This document shows, piece after piece, positions 35,972-54,458 of a stretch of 64,000 nt of DNA. The first letter of the stretch is position 1; every line of letters begins with the position of its first letter. Both the position numbers and the translations under genes were made by a program. Below the pieces are notes generated by a model. That model had not been told where the DNA came from. It ran no database searches and saw only the letters and a program-made list of their open reading frames with translations. The DNA lies in assembly GCA_010093995.1 (NCBI GenBank), contig ML992505.1, positions 1,470,670 through 1,534,669 of the forward strand, read 5' to 3'. The DNA is from Elsinoe ampelina. Lineage: Eukaryota.

Positions 35972-37242
35972 ATGAAGTTTTCAATTCTACCAGCGTTGGC
36001 TGCTTCGGCGTCACTGGCTGCGGCGACGCTCACAGCGCGACCCATCTTCCCACTCCAAAAGCGCGAAAATGAGACCAAGATCTCGTTCTACCAAGGGTTT
36101 GACCTTTCTTCCCTGGTGGCCAACGAGCAAGACAACATCGTCTTCAAGGACACGTTCCGTGACAACATCACGCGTCCCGCCGAGGACATCCTCATGGAAT
36201 ACTCGGGCATGAACACCGTCCGACTTCGACTTTGGGTCAATCCGATCCCCGGACAATACGACCTTCCGTATACTCTGGCACTGGCACAGCGTCTTCATGC
36301 CAAGGGTATCAAGATCTACATTGTGTATCACTTCTCCGACTCTTGGGCGGATCCGGGCAAGCAAATCACCCCTGCAGCTTGGCCCGCCAACGACCTCGAT
36401 GCTCTGTCAGCTACATTACGCACTTACGTCCGCGATACGCTCCTAGCATTCCACGAAGGTGGTGTCCCCGTCGAGATCGCGAGTTTGGGTAATGAAGCCC
36501 GTACTGGGATTCTCTGGCCGCTTGGGAGGGTCGACTCTCTACGCGAGCCTAGGGAGGACAGGATCGCTATGTTCCAGAACTTGGGCACGCTTTGGAACTC
36601 TGCTAGATTGGGCGTCGATGATGCTGTCGCTGCTGGCGTTGCCAAACCCCTTGTCATGCTACACGTCGACAATGGATTCGACCAACCTATGCTGGATAAC
36701 TGGTTCGATGCGCTCTTCGCTACAGGGAAGGTCACACGCGAACAGGTTGATGTTATAGGCCTGACCTGCTACCCATACTACGATGTAAGGCCACTGTCGT
36801 CGTCGTGGAAGGTATAGAAGCTAATCGCTGATAGTTGACCGCCACCGCGGCGAAGCTTCTTTCGTCCCTGAACCTCATGGCCGACAATTACGGCATACCG
36901 ATGCATCTCGTAGAGACGAATTGGCCAGTACAATGCTCGAACAGAATCTCGGATGAGAGTATCCCTCGTAGCGTCGAAGGCCAGAGGATATGGACCAAGC
37001 AAATGCTCGAGACCATGAGATCCATCAAGGGAGGTCTCGGTCAGGGGATCAGCTACTGGGAGCCGACGTGGGTGAACAATACCAGTCTTGGATCTCCTTG
37101 CGAGGTAATAAAACCCGTTACCTGTCGCGAGTCATCCACTAATAGATCGCAGGACAACGTGCTGTTCCAAGCCGACTGGAGCACATGGCCGGGACAGATC
37201 TCAGCATACTCCCGAGCATCTGTGGATCTCCTTCAGCAATAG
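35972..37242 (+). CDS. Secreted GH53 endo-beta-1,4-galactanase
   Basis: Signal peptide; GFDLSS, GMNTVRLRLWVNP, HFSDSWADPGKQ, GNE (acid/base), VETNWP (nucleophile), YWEP; introns 36785-36834 and 37105-37152. Confidence 0.9.
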
Positions 37243-37597
37243 ACAAGGACATCACAGAGTCATGACGAATGCATTGATCACGGTACATTCCCTGGAAACC
37301 ACATGTCATGTTCATGCCGAATGTGAACCTGCCTGCCACCCATCTGAAGCAAGAGGACTGCGAGCTAGACCGTCTGAAGAGGTTTCACCATGAGAATTCA
37401 CACCTGCTTCACCCTTTCTCCCTATTATCTCGGCCCTGCCTCCACTCTATCTGCCCTCAGTCCACAGTTCGTCCGCGTCCTTCTTCGTTCTCCCTCAAGT
37501 CTCCTTCTCCACAATTCTCTCGACTCTCTCCCTTCCAGCACCGCTCTCCTCCCCCTCCCCTCCTTTCACCTCCCTCTTCCTCCCCGTATCTTTCAAA

Positions 37598-37930
37598 TCA
37601 CCCTTCTCGCACCTCCATCTTTTCTCCCTTCCGCCCTCCTTCTCCTCCACCCTTCTCCTTCTCCTCCCTCTCCCTCCTCTCCATGCTAGCCTGATCAGCT
37701 TCCCTTCCGATTTGCTCAATCTCAGCCATCATTCTATCTACCTCCTCCGGCGGTCCATTCTGGTACGCCTCGATGACCTGGCCCAGTGTCTTGGGCTTCT
37801 TGTATGCCCTCAGGATGTCCTGTATGCGCTTTTTGCGGGCCTCGGGGTCCTTTGGGAGAAGGGCGTCGTTGGCGTCTGCTTTGGCGTCTGCTTCGGTTGA
37901 TTTATGATTGGTCGAAGCGGGAGGAGGCAT
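37598..37930 (-). CDS. Small charged hypothetical protein
   Basis: 110-codon ORF with CACCATG start context and a helical charged sequence; no family recognised. Confidence 0.45.
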   Translation of the reverse strand: MPPPASTNHKSTEADAKADANDALLPKDPEARKKRIQDILRAYKKPKTLGQVIEAYQNGPPEEVDRMMAEIEQIGREADQASMERREREEKEKGGGEGGRKGEKMEVREG

Positions 37931-38688
37931 GGTGAGCTAAGTACTATCGTTTGGTGGCCTGGGACGGAGCTGTGGCGACTTGCTGGTCTCGAGGGATCCG
38001 CAGGAGAGGAGCGTGTTGAACTCGATGCTACTGTCGCGCAAGTGATTGAACTGTAAAGGATGAGAGGGACAATCCGAGAAATGGTCGAGGCGTGGATTGA
38101 GATGAGTGCGTGAGATGTGGAGATCATGCCCTGTGCATGTGAATGTACATGATTTCATCATGCTGAATCAATGCGAGCATGCGTGCAACTCTCCTTCATT
38201 GCTGCGCCATGGTAGATACCACTCACTGTTGATTAGACAGCTGAGGCGAAAGAAGAGAGCACATCACAGACGGATCCCTGTGGAGAATCATATCAAGACC
38301 AATACCATTAGGATATTACTACCTCCTACCTCCCTCCTGTCCAGCCGCATGAAACGTAAACCGCATGATAATCATACAACCCCTTGCCTCCCCCTTCCAG
38401 TCCAAGGAAGTGACGCACCAACAACGACCCGCTCAAAACACCATCTGGGTCTGTCCCGCAACTGGTGTCGATGTAAAACATAGGAGCCTACTGCCACTAG
38501 GCACCAGGGTATAAGAACTTTCTGATATTGCTCTGCTCATTATCCTCACTGCTTCGCTCCAGCTGTCTTTCCGAGGTAAGATCGTCGGATGCTTCGGTGC
38601 GCTGCTTCCCCTTCTTGGGCGTCACCAGCTTCGAGTCGGAAGAGCCGGAGCCGCGATCGCCAGTGTGGTTGGCGCTGGCGAACACATC

Positions 38689-39934
38689 CTATGCGGCCTG
38701 AGCGCGCTCCTCTTCGCGGCCGCGGGACTCGCCGTTGACGCTCTCGATCTCGTCTTCGTCGTCGTATTCCTCCTCGCCACGGTGTTGAGAGGCAGGCACC
38801 CAGGAGTCACGGTTGCCCTCCATGGGAGCATCTTGGTGGGAGAGATCGACGGCCTCGCCTGTATGGCGATTCTTGCGGCGTTGCGAAAGAGTGCGGGTGC
38901 GGGTGGAAAGCTTGCTTGAGACAGCGGCGTGTTGCTCGACCCAGTTGGTGAGCGCATCCTCGCAGTCTTGGATGATGCTATACTCTGTTAGTCGCAAGGA
39001 CTTGGAGCTGGTATAATTGTACTTACGCCTTGCTAGCCTCATATCCATCATAGGCGTTGCGAGTCTCGCCAGGAGTGACAGGCGTGTCGTCAATCAGCTC
39101 GAGAAGGTGCTTGCCGTAACCAGCGATGATGGCCATCTTCTCAGAGTGCTCGCGGAGAGCGTCGAACTGGTAGTGGAAAGCGGCCTTCAGCTTCTCACGG
39201 GTGATATTGGACAGCTGAGCCTCAGCGACGAGCGACTCGGCCTCAGCGCGAACAAGTTCCTGTTCGAGAACGGCAATCTTTGGTGAGCTGGGCTCCTTGT
39301 ATTTGAGCTGAGCGATCTGGTCGGTGATCTTCTGCTTGCCTGAGGTATGTCAGCACTCCGTCGAAGTAAGGAACAGGTCCACGTACGATCTCTACTCGGC
39401 TGAACCGAGGCCTCAATGTTGCGGATGCTCTTGATGGTGACGCGGTACTGATCGTAGCGATCGACGAACTGATCCTCAAGCTCTCCTATCTCGTAGATCA
39501 AGACACCAAGCTTGTCCGTGACATCCGAAACATCGTCATCGCAAGCCTCGCCCCAAATCGATAGTTGTTGCTGGTCATGTCAGTCGTGGTCCCCGGTCCA
39601 ATGGTGTCCGTCACGTACAGCGACCTCCATACGCTCACGTCCGACGAGCTCCATACTACGCATAACATTCTTCTCCATCTTGACAAGCTGCGAGAGCTTC
39701 TTTGCGAGGTCGGGTCCAAAGGCGCCGGCGGCATTGCGACGGAAGCTGTGGCCTGGGGGTCTTAGTCCTTGTTTCACATATCTCATGAGTTCGCAACTTG
39801 CGACGGCGTCACATACCAATGTTGGCTTTGCCAAAGAATCGGCCACTCTTTGTTGACGAAGATGGTGGGGGAGGGTTCTGGATCTGCGAGGCAGTCGGCG
39901 CCCGCGAGGAGCGCATAGAGTATGTCCTGTGCAT
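38689..39934 (-). CDS. PIL1: Eisosome BAR protein Pil1/Lsp1
   Basis: MHRTYSMRSSRAPTASQ.., AGAFGPDLAKKLSQLVKMEKNVMRS, DRYDQYRVTIKSIRNIEASVQPSRD, IIQDCEDALTNW across exons. Confidence 0.93.
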
Positions 39935-40536
39935 CTTGGAGGTTGTGGTGGTGTTCCTTGACGTTGTATGAAGTTCTGATAGTGCAGTGGGGTGCGATAG
40001 GATCTGTAGGGAGAAAGTCGCAAGGGAGAGTTTGTGATGAGACGGTTGGTGGTGGAGTCGGGGTTGCCTTTGCTACTTACGTCAGAGCACAAAACCGCGC
40101 GAACCCTTTTGCCCTTCTTACAAAATTGCGGCGGCTGAGACACAAGCCGACCGAAGATCATCACGACGACAGAATCGATCCGTTGACGATCATGCGAAGA
40201 TCCCCAAGTGCGTTGCCGTGCGCGCGTGTCATGACAAGTGGGTATATTGTGCTTCCATCTATCTGCTATCGTACAATTGCTACTACGTCTCTTACCGCGC
40301 CATGTCAAAACTGATGCTCCTCCCAATTGTCAGAGCAACAAAGAGGATTTTGACTTCTCCGCATACGTCATCGAAGCGCGTCTCCAGCCTCTACTCCGGG
40401 TTGTCCAGTACCTAGATACCGTACCAACGACGGCTCTACATCCGTGCTCTCTCTAGCTTCACAGGGGTTGTTGCGATCGGCCATACTGCGCCTCCAGCCT
40501 TCAGGGTACTGAGCTGGGAGGAGACGTACTTCACAT

Positions 40537-41870
40537 TCATCGATCAACCTGCACATCCACAACAGCCTGTGGTTCGTTCGTCTGCTGCGTGGACCTCTGT
40601 TCTGTCGTATTGGGACCAAATGACATACCACCCAGCACAGCGAGAGCAGACCCAGCAGCACCGTAGTCGGACAAGCGCTTCCTCCCGAATATTTGAACCT
40701 GTTCTCCGCGCGGCCAAATCCCATTCCTGTATAGCAACCATCCTCCCACGAGTATCGTAGCCAAGGAAATGCCAGCTGCATGCGGGAGTAGCTGATCAAT
40801 CGTGCCTGATCGCGACTGTGAATCCTCCTCTGCGATGATGGGCGATGGCTTTGGCATGACAGGAAGATGCCGCAAAAGCGCCTGTCCACAAGACGCGAAT
40901 CGATGTCCAACTGAGATCTTCTCCGGTCTAGTCCACGGCAGCGTTGCACCTTTACCAGTGCCTACGAACAGACTCTCCACCGTACCATCCTCGACCCGTA
41001 GCTGCAATTGATCTCGTACACGATCGACATACCGAGCCAGCGTAGGGTACTCCTTCTGCATGATCTCGGCTGCCCATGCCTGTGGCAGCTTCGGATACAA
41101 CAGCAAGCTCAAGTATCCGTAAGCTAGACAATCGACCTGAGATATCCCATCGCCAGCTCCCAAATAGCTCTTCCCCTCGAGCTGCTCCGCGAGTGGCTCA
41201 TAGAAGTTGTTGGCCAAATTCTTGAGCTTGAATGCGCCAGCAGCTGCTGATTGTCGGAGCATGCTCTTGACTGTGTGCCTCCGTCCAAGCAGTGTCCTCG
41301 CTCTTGTCTTTGCCTCCTCGTCAAACTTGCGCTCAGCTACAGACATTGATTCTGGCTGGTCTATGACTGATTCGTGGACGTCGTCCATGTCGATGCCTGT
41401 GATGCCGAGGTGCTCTGTCCGTTTTCGTGCCGCTGCCCGCCGCTCGGGCGGGAGGAGGTAGTTGATGTACCATGGCAGGATACGTGTGAAGGATGGACGT
41501 GTCTTTGCTGCGTAGTTCTCGTAAGAGACGTAGAGAGACACGTCGAGCAGAGTCTGTCCGTTTGACTCGATGAAAGCTTCCAGCCTGTGAGATGTGAGCT
41601 TGACATTCTCTGAGGAAGCTCAAGCACTTACGCAAAGTCTTCCGCCGATTTCTTTTCGGGGTTCAAGTGTTGAGCGATGCTGCTGAAGCCGTGGTACCGT
41701 ACGCCCTCGTCGTCCAGGTATGGTAGCTCGTCAAAGCTGTCCGCGGCGCAGATCAGCTCCCATGCTCGACCTTTGCGGTCTGCCTCACTCTTCACGAGCG
41801 CAACAGCGGCGTTGCACTGCGCATCGATGGAAGGGCAGCCAAACGCCGGCCCAAGTATATAAAGCTTCAT
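40537..41870 (-). CDS. SAM37: Mitochondrial outer membrane Sam37/metaxin
   Basis: MKLYILGPAFGCPSIDAQCNAA, ELPYL, LSLYVSYENY, LPWYINYLLPP, DCLAYGYLSL, C-terminal TM; intron ~41585-41631. Confidence 0.85.
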
Positions 41871-42756
41871 GGATGTTGGCCGAGAACAGGCAAAGATCAC
41901 GACCAGCACGCAGGTGGTAATCTTTAGCTGACTCAGCTATCCACGACGAGCAGCTTGCACCGAGCAGTAACAACATAGACACAATCACATCGTATAGCTA
42001 CATAGTTCTAGTTGAAGTTGGCAGTATACAGACAGCATCCCAAGCTCACCCACCTCTCACTCTCAGTCAAGCCCATCAACAAAACTCTTCTCTGCCCTTC
42101 AGCAAAAGCCAAAGACAATACAGTGAAAAGACTCCCCAGTGAGATCATCCGCAGACGAGATCCATAGACCAGCCCGCAAGAGCTTCTCACGACAAAGGCA
42201 TCATAAAGAAGGTGTGTTCCAAATATTCCCAGCCGATCCGAAGACCAACTGAAGCAGTCAGTTGATAGTTTTCAACTAGCAAAAACACGATCTCGGACGA
42301 ATCCTCACTGATACGCGTAATGCCCGTGCACTGGGAACATGTTAGTATGAGTACAAGGTAGGGTGGGAATGGTGGTACGAACCTCGGATGGGAAAGGAAA
42401 GAGAGAGGTGTTGGGGGGAGAAATTTCTTAAGTATCTGCGAAATGCGGGTGGTCTGTGCGTTGAGCCGCGCGGTTGCCTGGAGGTGGAGCATGCATGACT
42501 CGACCACGTCAAGTTGAATGTCAAGCACGTGCAATTTTACCTCGCTTCTGGATGCTTCTATGACTCTTCACGTATCATATTGTGAGATCGATGGACGAGG
42601 GTGCGGATCGAAAGCATCTCGAGGTCAACAGTCAACTTGGGCAAATAACGATGCAGAGACATCTCAAATATATGCTCATGTCAAGTCCACAATGACTACT
42701 TAGATAGCCAAGTCGATTCTTTTTAGCCTTTTGACATAATCGCATCATTCCCCTCC

Positions 42757-47653
<4,897 letters not shown>

Positions 47654-48192
47654 TCATATCGCAAGGAGAATTTCTGGATGCCAGAGCGACGTTTGGAGGC
47701 CCCAGAGAGTCAAAGGATACTTTCGGTACTTGATACACTGCGTGATGGGCGTGCAGGAGCAACAGAATGGAGTCATGGAGCTCCGACATCGTCCCAGAAA
47801 TTTTTGTGGGGAAACAAACCACTTTGTCGGAGATCAGGGACCGTTCCTGCATGAATCTCAAGAACCATGATTGGACAGCACTTAATGTTACGAACATCTG
47901 CTTACTTCACTGCACACTTTGACAAGACATGGCTTTTACGTGGGGGAAGCTTGTCAAGGCTCTTTGATGACTTTTGTCTATGGACCTGCAGTCGTTGGAT
48001 GGATGACGATCAAGTACATCCTTCAAGCAAGCACAGGGCTTTCCCCCATCGGCATATCGCAGCGTCTGGGTATCTTTCCCTCATCAGTGCCGTGCTCTTT
48101 CGTCCAACGCAACCAGGCAAACTAATGACAGAATTGATCTTCAGGCAAAGGCGATGCCATCCTTCGTCCTCTTCTAGGCGCAGGCAATTGCC

Positions 48193-49163
48193 TTACCACT
48201 GAGTCTCAGGGTTTGCCTCAGCAGGAGGCTCTGATGCCCAGCCTTCATTGCCGGTCTGGACAGGAGCGCTGCTGGCAGCCCAGTCTCCACCCTCAGCGGC
48301 ATCCCAGCTGCTACCTGCGGCGGCACCACCAGTACCAGACGCAGCGGCAAAAGCGCCGGCGTTACCACCGCTGACCTCCCACTCGTTGTTGAAGCCACTG
48401 TCAACCGCACCTGCGCCGACCTGATCAGCACCTGGCTGAGCGCTCTCGTCCTGGCCAGATGAATCCTTCTGCTCCTCGGCCTCAGGGTCGCGGTAGAAAT
48501 ACAAATCGGTCATGACATCCCACTCGGCCTCACGGCTTGCGAGAGTGCCACGGAGACGGAGGACCTCACGGGCGAGCATCCACCAGACGAGACCAATGGC
48601 GTGACGGCCCTTGTTGTTGGTGGGGATGGCAACATCGACATACTCGGTTGGTGAGTCGGTATCGGCAAGAGCAATGACGGGGATGTTGACGTAGCTGGCC
48701 TCCTTGATAGCCTGTGCATCGGTGCGGGGGTCGGTGACCACGATCAGACGTGGCTCGCGGAAAGAGCGGGTGATGTAGTTGGTGAAGTTACCAGGAGTGA
48801 AGCGACCGGCAATGGCGACAGCACCGGTGTGGGCCGCGAACTTGAGGACAGCGCGCTGGCCGTATGGGCGGGCAGAGATGACACAGACATCGGCGGGGTT
48901 GTCAATGGCGGCGATGATGCGAGCAGCGAGGACGATCTTCTCCCTACAGTCTTGTCAGAACAAATCCTCCCCTATCGTTCCAGCTCTTCTTACCAGGTCT
49001 TGCCAATGTTGATCACGTTGATACCATCTGGGCGAGTCTTCCATAGGTATGGCTCCATGTGTACCTGCAGGTTCTTGGACCCGAGATGGCATTGCGCCGC
49101 GAGGAGCTTCTCGATGTCCTCGGAAGTGGCATTGAAGATGGCGGGAAGGTTGCTTGGGGCCAT
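48193..49163 (-). CDS. RPS0: 40S ribosomal protein S0 (uS2)
   Basis: [63 protein letters not shown]; one intron ~48944-48993. Confidence 0.97.
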
Positions 49164-49410
49164 GTTGGGCAGTGTGTATAGCAAGTTGTTGGAGTGTGTG
49201 GTATTCAGCTGCGACTTGACCTTCGACTTTTCGTGGGATAGAACATTGAAGACTAGGAATTTTGCGGGTAACGGTGAAACTTGTCTCCGAAATCTGGCGG
49301 CAGCGACCGCAGAGCCGCGGACTGCATGCCAAGACTTTCAGCCGCTACCCAGCTTCATCTGGAGAAAGTTGATCTGGGAGACAGTCGCCAGCATCTGTCG
49401 TATCGCCAAT

Positions 49411-50445
49411 ATGGATGCATTTCTTCTCCGGCTAGGAGACCTCTCTCGTATGGCTCGTATGATTCCGTGACATGTTTATGGCTGACACATTGTAGTTCGA
49501 GCATCTAGACAGAGCTGCAATGCTTGTCGAAACTTTTCTTCATCAAACATTCGATCAGCAGCAACAAAGGCCGAGAAGCGAAAGTTTCGAGATCCATACA
49601 CAATCGTACAAGCACGCTCTCGGAAGGCCGCGAACATATCACGACAATCACAACTCAAGAAGGAGCGTACCGAAGCACTTGGAGACCCAGTCCTCGGCAA
49701 GCCCACTCCCTTCGTTGAAGCCTTCGACACAGCTGCACGACCAGATGCTTCCGTCACACGAGCAGCCTCCATTCCTCTCTCCGACCCAGCCAAGCTTCAA
49801 GCTCCTTCGAAAGAGCGGAACTTTAATCTTGAGCCCTCGGAGCTCGGCCAGTCTGTCAAGCGTTCCCTGATATGGTCCGGCAACAAGCTCAGCGGCGAGG
49901 ACATTGTCTCGCGCTTCAACAGCGGTGATGATATCCTCGCGGAAGAAGATCTTCTCAACCCAGACCCGAATAGTCCACACCACGTGACAGCGAAAGAAGC
50001 CATCAGACGAATCACATCACTCTCCAACTCATCCTCAAAAGACCGTCTGCGCGTAAACATTAAGCGATGCATCTCCACATTCGGGCGGCACAACACCGAC
50101 GAGCACCTTCCTTCTAAACCTTCGCCATCATCAAGCTTCCTCGCAGCACAATCAGCAGAGAATGCCCTTCCAGAAAAGACCCCACGAGCAGGACCAGATA
50201 CGGGCAGCAGTGAGGTGCAGATCGCTGTGCTGACGGCGAGGATACGGACGCTGAGTCAATTCTTGGGCAGCAGGGGGAAGATGGATAAGATGAACAAGCG
50301 CAACTTGAGACTATTGGTGCACAAGAGGCAGAAGCTGTTGAAGTATTTGGAGAGGAAAGAGAGGGGAGGGCCGAGGTTCAAGAACGTGGTTGAGGTGCTG
50401 GGGCTGCAGAGAGGTGCATGGGAAGGGGAAATCACGCTGCGGTAA
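49411..50445 (+). CDS. MRPS15: Mitochondrial ribosomal protein S15 (uS15m; yeast Mrps28)
   Basis: Presequence-like exon 1, intron ~49448-49495; RDPYTIVQARSRKAANISRQ; FGRHNTD, GPDTGSSEVQIAVLTARI, DKMNKRNLRLLVHKRQKLLKYL. Confidence 0.92.
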
Positions 50446-50646
50446 GTTGTGGGTGGTGGTGTACATTTCTGTAGGTTAGTACTACCTGGTGGTCTCTCGA
50501 GAGCGAAATTGTAATATACTTCTGCACCCCAGGCCACTACCACTTGCTGTTGCGGCTTTGTGAAATTCCTGGACCGCCCATTGCCTGCCAAAGACCGTCG
50601 TCTGGTAGTTTGCCACAATGCACGCAAGAAATTCGTCCGCAATTAC

Positions 50647-51357
50647 TCAATAATCCCAATCTGGTCGCCATCCGTGTAGCCTGGTTGCCTCCACGCGCAA
50701 CTCGACTTTCCTCTTCACGACTAAACGCTTGAATGCCTCCGGGTATCCTGTGAGACTGGCTTCACCATTCGAGATCTGCAGGCGTGCGCAGATGTCGACG
50801 ATTGCTGCGCACAGATCGTCCGATTCAGGCAAATTGTCAAGCGCCTTGAGGACTGCAGCTTCAGGGAGACGAGAGTAGTGCTGGCAGGAGATGTTCTTCG
50901 GATCGTAGGTGATGACGAGCAGTCTGCAGAGGACCTTCTTCAGAGCCGGAATAGCGTAGCGATCCGCGAACAGATAGAGATCGAAGGCAGCAGTGAGATG
51001 GGAGAAGATACCCGCGTTGAGATTGGTTTCGCCCGTGTAGATCCAGCCGGTGAAAGTCTGAAGGGAGGCTTTGTCGAAGAGGTCGTCAATGGGGTCCACC
51101 TGCTGAGTCGTCGCTTCGAGGAAGGGGCCGCAAAGGGTGAGGCGGTAGTACTCGCTGAAGTGAATGAGGAGTGACTTGTGGATGGAGGTCTCGTAGTCGC
51201 CAATCTTGAGCATGATGACCTCTGAGGCTTCAGTCATTTTCTCACTGGGAAGGTCAGTGTGTGTATTGGACTGTCGTGAAGTGGCATACACTGCAGTGGA
51301 CAAGGTCCAGGATGTGGCGATCTCGTTGGCCTGACCAGTGACATTGGTAGAGGCCAT
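50647..51357 (-). CDS. BTB/POZ domain protein
   Basis: IHKSLLIHFSEYYRLTLCGPFLEA..FTGWIYTG..DLYLFADRYAIPALK; probable start MASTNV. Confidence 0.82.
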   Translation of the reverse strand: MASTNVTGQANEIATSWTLSTAVYATSRQSNTHTDLPSEKMTEASEVIMLKIGDYETSIHKSLLIHFSEYYRLTLCGPFLEATTQQVDPIDDLFDKASLQTFTGWIYTGETNLNAGIFSHLTAAFDLYLFADRYAIPALKKVLCRLLVITYDPKNISCQHYSRLPEAAVLKALDNLPESDDLCAAIVDICARLQISNGEASLTGYPEAFKRLVVKRKVELRVEATRLHGWRPDWDY

Positions 51358-52760
51358 GTTGGAGAGTGAGTTGACAATCGTGGGACAGCTTGTCAAGAGA
51401 AGGAGTTGATGAAGTGAAGTTATGGATGAGAAGGAGTATCGGGTAGCTACTGACTGTTGTTTTCCGACATGGGTGTCGTTTGTAATGCACGTGCAGAGAA
51501 AACAGAGGATCCGCAATATACATACAACCACCTCTGGCTACCAACACTGCTACTTTCACACTCACCTTGTGATTCTGATGATGCGCAATTCTTCAAATCG
51601 AGTGCGTGCTGGACAGCGGAAACTCTCGGCAAAGTGTTGCCACTCTTCTTCGACTTACATCCTCAAGATGGGCTACCTCTGTCATGACGCCTTGGACTTT
51701 CCAACAGTCAACATCAACTTCAACGAGGCACCAAGCGTCATTCATCACCGCAGCTCAGACTGGCACCCACCTGTCGCGCTGACAAAGGAGGAGATGAAAA
51801 GGCGAGAGCACGAAGCAAGATGGAAGATGGAAGATGACATGGAGGATGTTCTTGGGCATTGAAGAGTGACGAGGTGAGGTGATGACATGGCCGGCTAAAC
51901 AGCGCAAATTGGATTGGGCGGAGATTTGGGTGGGGATCGTCGGGACAAAGCAAGTCACAGACGAGATGAGAAGGAGGGGGTTGCCGCAACACAACGACAG
52001 CTCATCACATCTGTCCTCTCCTTTCTATTTTCACACTTTGTTTCTTCCATTGATGTTCTATACTTGTATCTTTGTCATTCCTCGCCCAATGGCGCTTCCG
52101 TCGCGATGATGAAACAGACGAGCGAGCTGTCGACAGGCTCCGAGCACCGTCCAGCTCCGGGGGCTGAGAGGGCGCCTTGTTACAGAAACATTCAGCGGGC
52201 AATCCTTCAAAACGGCACAGCCCTTCAGGAAAGGACAGCGAGGTGCCTACGAGCTGTAAATTCGGCATGAAACCCGTCCTCAACGACGTCGATGGCAGAC
52301 CCGTGCGTCACACCAGGCGCCTTTACGTGCTGGAAAGTAGGAGTTTCCAGTCGAGCTAGAGACGAAGCCGCAGCCTTGGCCGTGATGACGGGACCGCATC
52401 ACACAAATGCAGGCCGTTCTGAAGACCACGCAATGCTCTGCCCCTTCAAAGACTCTCACTTTCAGATTCTAGCTCGCTGTCGAATACGATTTCTGGAAAA
52501 TGGTTTGTCGAGCTCAGACCCTCAATGGCCTTTTACCGTCAAGTCACCTGCTGTTGCCTGAGTACACAGATGACTCCCTTCGCTCCGCCTCTACTCTCAG
52601 GCGCAGCAGATGGTTTCCTTCTTTCGTGAAATTCATGCCTTTCTACTGGCCGACATCAGGCAGCAAAAGCATGTCACAGATGATTCGTTCAATTACGTCG
52701 AGTTCAAGTGAGGCATTGCCTATCTCTTATACTTGTTCTTGCCTTAGCAATCTTCTCTAT

Positions 52761-52767
52761 TATAAAA
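52761..52767 (+). promoter_or_regulatory. TATA box upstream of the Ser/Gly-rich ORF
   Basis: TATAAAA 120 bp upstream of ATG 52881, followed by a CT/CA-rich leader. Confidence 0.55.
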
Positions 52768-52880
52768 CTCGTGATCTCTCTCTCATATCTCCTCATCATC
52801 ACACATTTATTCAACTGAATCAATCACACAAGAACAGCCTATCAACAAGCTCACCAGAATCACTCTCAACCAATCTCAAA

Positions 52881-53186
52881 ATGTCTTACAGCTCGTCATC
52901 CTCCTACACATCATCTGGCCGCTCAGGTGGCTCCAGTCGCTCTACCGGCACTCGTACATCTCACGGCTCATCTCGAGGTCAGTCTTCTAATGCGAATGCT
53001 CATGATATCTCAAGCTCAACATTGTCAGGTTCCAATTCCATCCATTACTCCTCTCCCAGCGGCTCTGGCTCTTCAGGTAGCTACTACAGCTCATCTTCTG
53101 GCGGCTCGCGCAGTCACGGCTCCTCCTCCGGCTCCAGTCGCAGCTCTGGCAGCAGATCTGCCTGGTCAACTGGTTACAACCGGTAG
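52881..53186 (+). CDS. 101-aa Ser/Gly-rich low-complexity protein
   Basis: CAAAATG start context, upstream TATA box; MSYSSSSSYTSSGRSGGSSRS...AWSTGYNR. Confidence 0.65.
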   Translation: MSYSSSSSYTSSGRSGGSSRSTGTRTSHGSSRGQSSNANAHDISSSTLSGSNSIHYSSPSGSGSSGSYYSSSSGGSRSHGSSSGSSRSSGSRSAWSTGYNR

Positions 53187-54458
53187 ACGCATTCGCTCTT
53201 CTTGTCTTCGCCGCACAGGAGTTGGATGTCAACAGATTGTTTATGGCAGTCTTTAGGGATTAGATTTTGATATCACTATCAATTAGTTTGGGAGTCATGG
53301 TTGAATACAGGGAAGGGTTAGACAGGACAACGATGGAACATCCAGATTGATACCACGGAATTGGCATTGGTGGCGAATTGGATGTTTTACTGGGATAGAG
53401 AGTAGATTTGTGACTCTTGTCCTTTGGGACCAATTGACTTCTTTCGGTACCTACCCACCGATCGCACTAGTGACGCAAGTGCTCCATATTGATCTAGAGT
53501 CCATGAAGTTCGATTTGCGGTGCCCTCAAGCGGACCTGTGTGGTGGATGACTCAGGTAGTGGCGGCGGATCCTCCAGCTGCAGGCCTGAACTACAGCTGC
53601 GCCCTCGAGCAAGCCAACAAGCCCAGCTTATGCACGCCGTGGAATGTCCGTCGTTTCAGAAAACATAGATACGAAGAGGCTGCAAGTGAATTTGAAAAAG
53701 TAGAATCACAAATAGAGACCCTGCTTACCTCGTTGTTTCCAGCACAGACTCGTATGGCAGGCATCAATGGTGATTCAGGCAAGCATACCAGTCATGCCTG
53801 ACATCATAAGGGTCGAATAATGCCTCGTGATCGGAGACAGGTCCAGATATTGAGCAGGCCGTAGTCAATGGAAAATAACAAGTCTGAAAGTCAGTGGATG
53901 AAGTGCCACATCTACAATGTGATGGTACCTGTCACATCCCTAACCCACAGAAGGAGGTAGGGTCGTGATGGGTCGGATTTTATGCAGGACCCCGCACCTC
54001 ACCGGATGTGGCTTGCACAAGTGCCATCCTCTGCTTATGCACCGACCAGAACCTTTCTCTTCCGCTTTATCAGACCACCACAAATCCCATCATCGTAGCG
54101 CCGAGTGTTTTAGGACTCTTCCAAGCAGTCTTCACATTCGGTGCCGTTTACTGCTTGCCCTAGATACAAGCTCCTCCAGGGCCTGGTTGGCGGACCGACC
54201 AATACGCGTTTCCAGAAGCCATCTCCAACACCCGACGGACGTGGTTAGATCCGCCATACAGTATTATGCATATCAGGCCACTTTAGAGCTTAATATAAGT
54301 AATCTTCAGGTCCAATCTCTTCTTCCTCCTCCTTCTACATCTCCAAAGTCCCCCTCTCTACCTACTTATCTGTGTTTCCGATCCATTTGCGCAACACCAA
54401 ACCCCGCACACAGCGCTCGAGTCTACCCCGCAATCAGGCCATCGTCCATACAGCGACA

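Noticed and set aside
51668..51862. 64-aa ORF MGYLCHDALDF...
   Set aside because: Plausible microprotein, but too short and without homology evidence.
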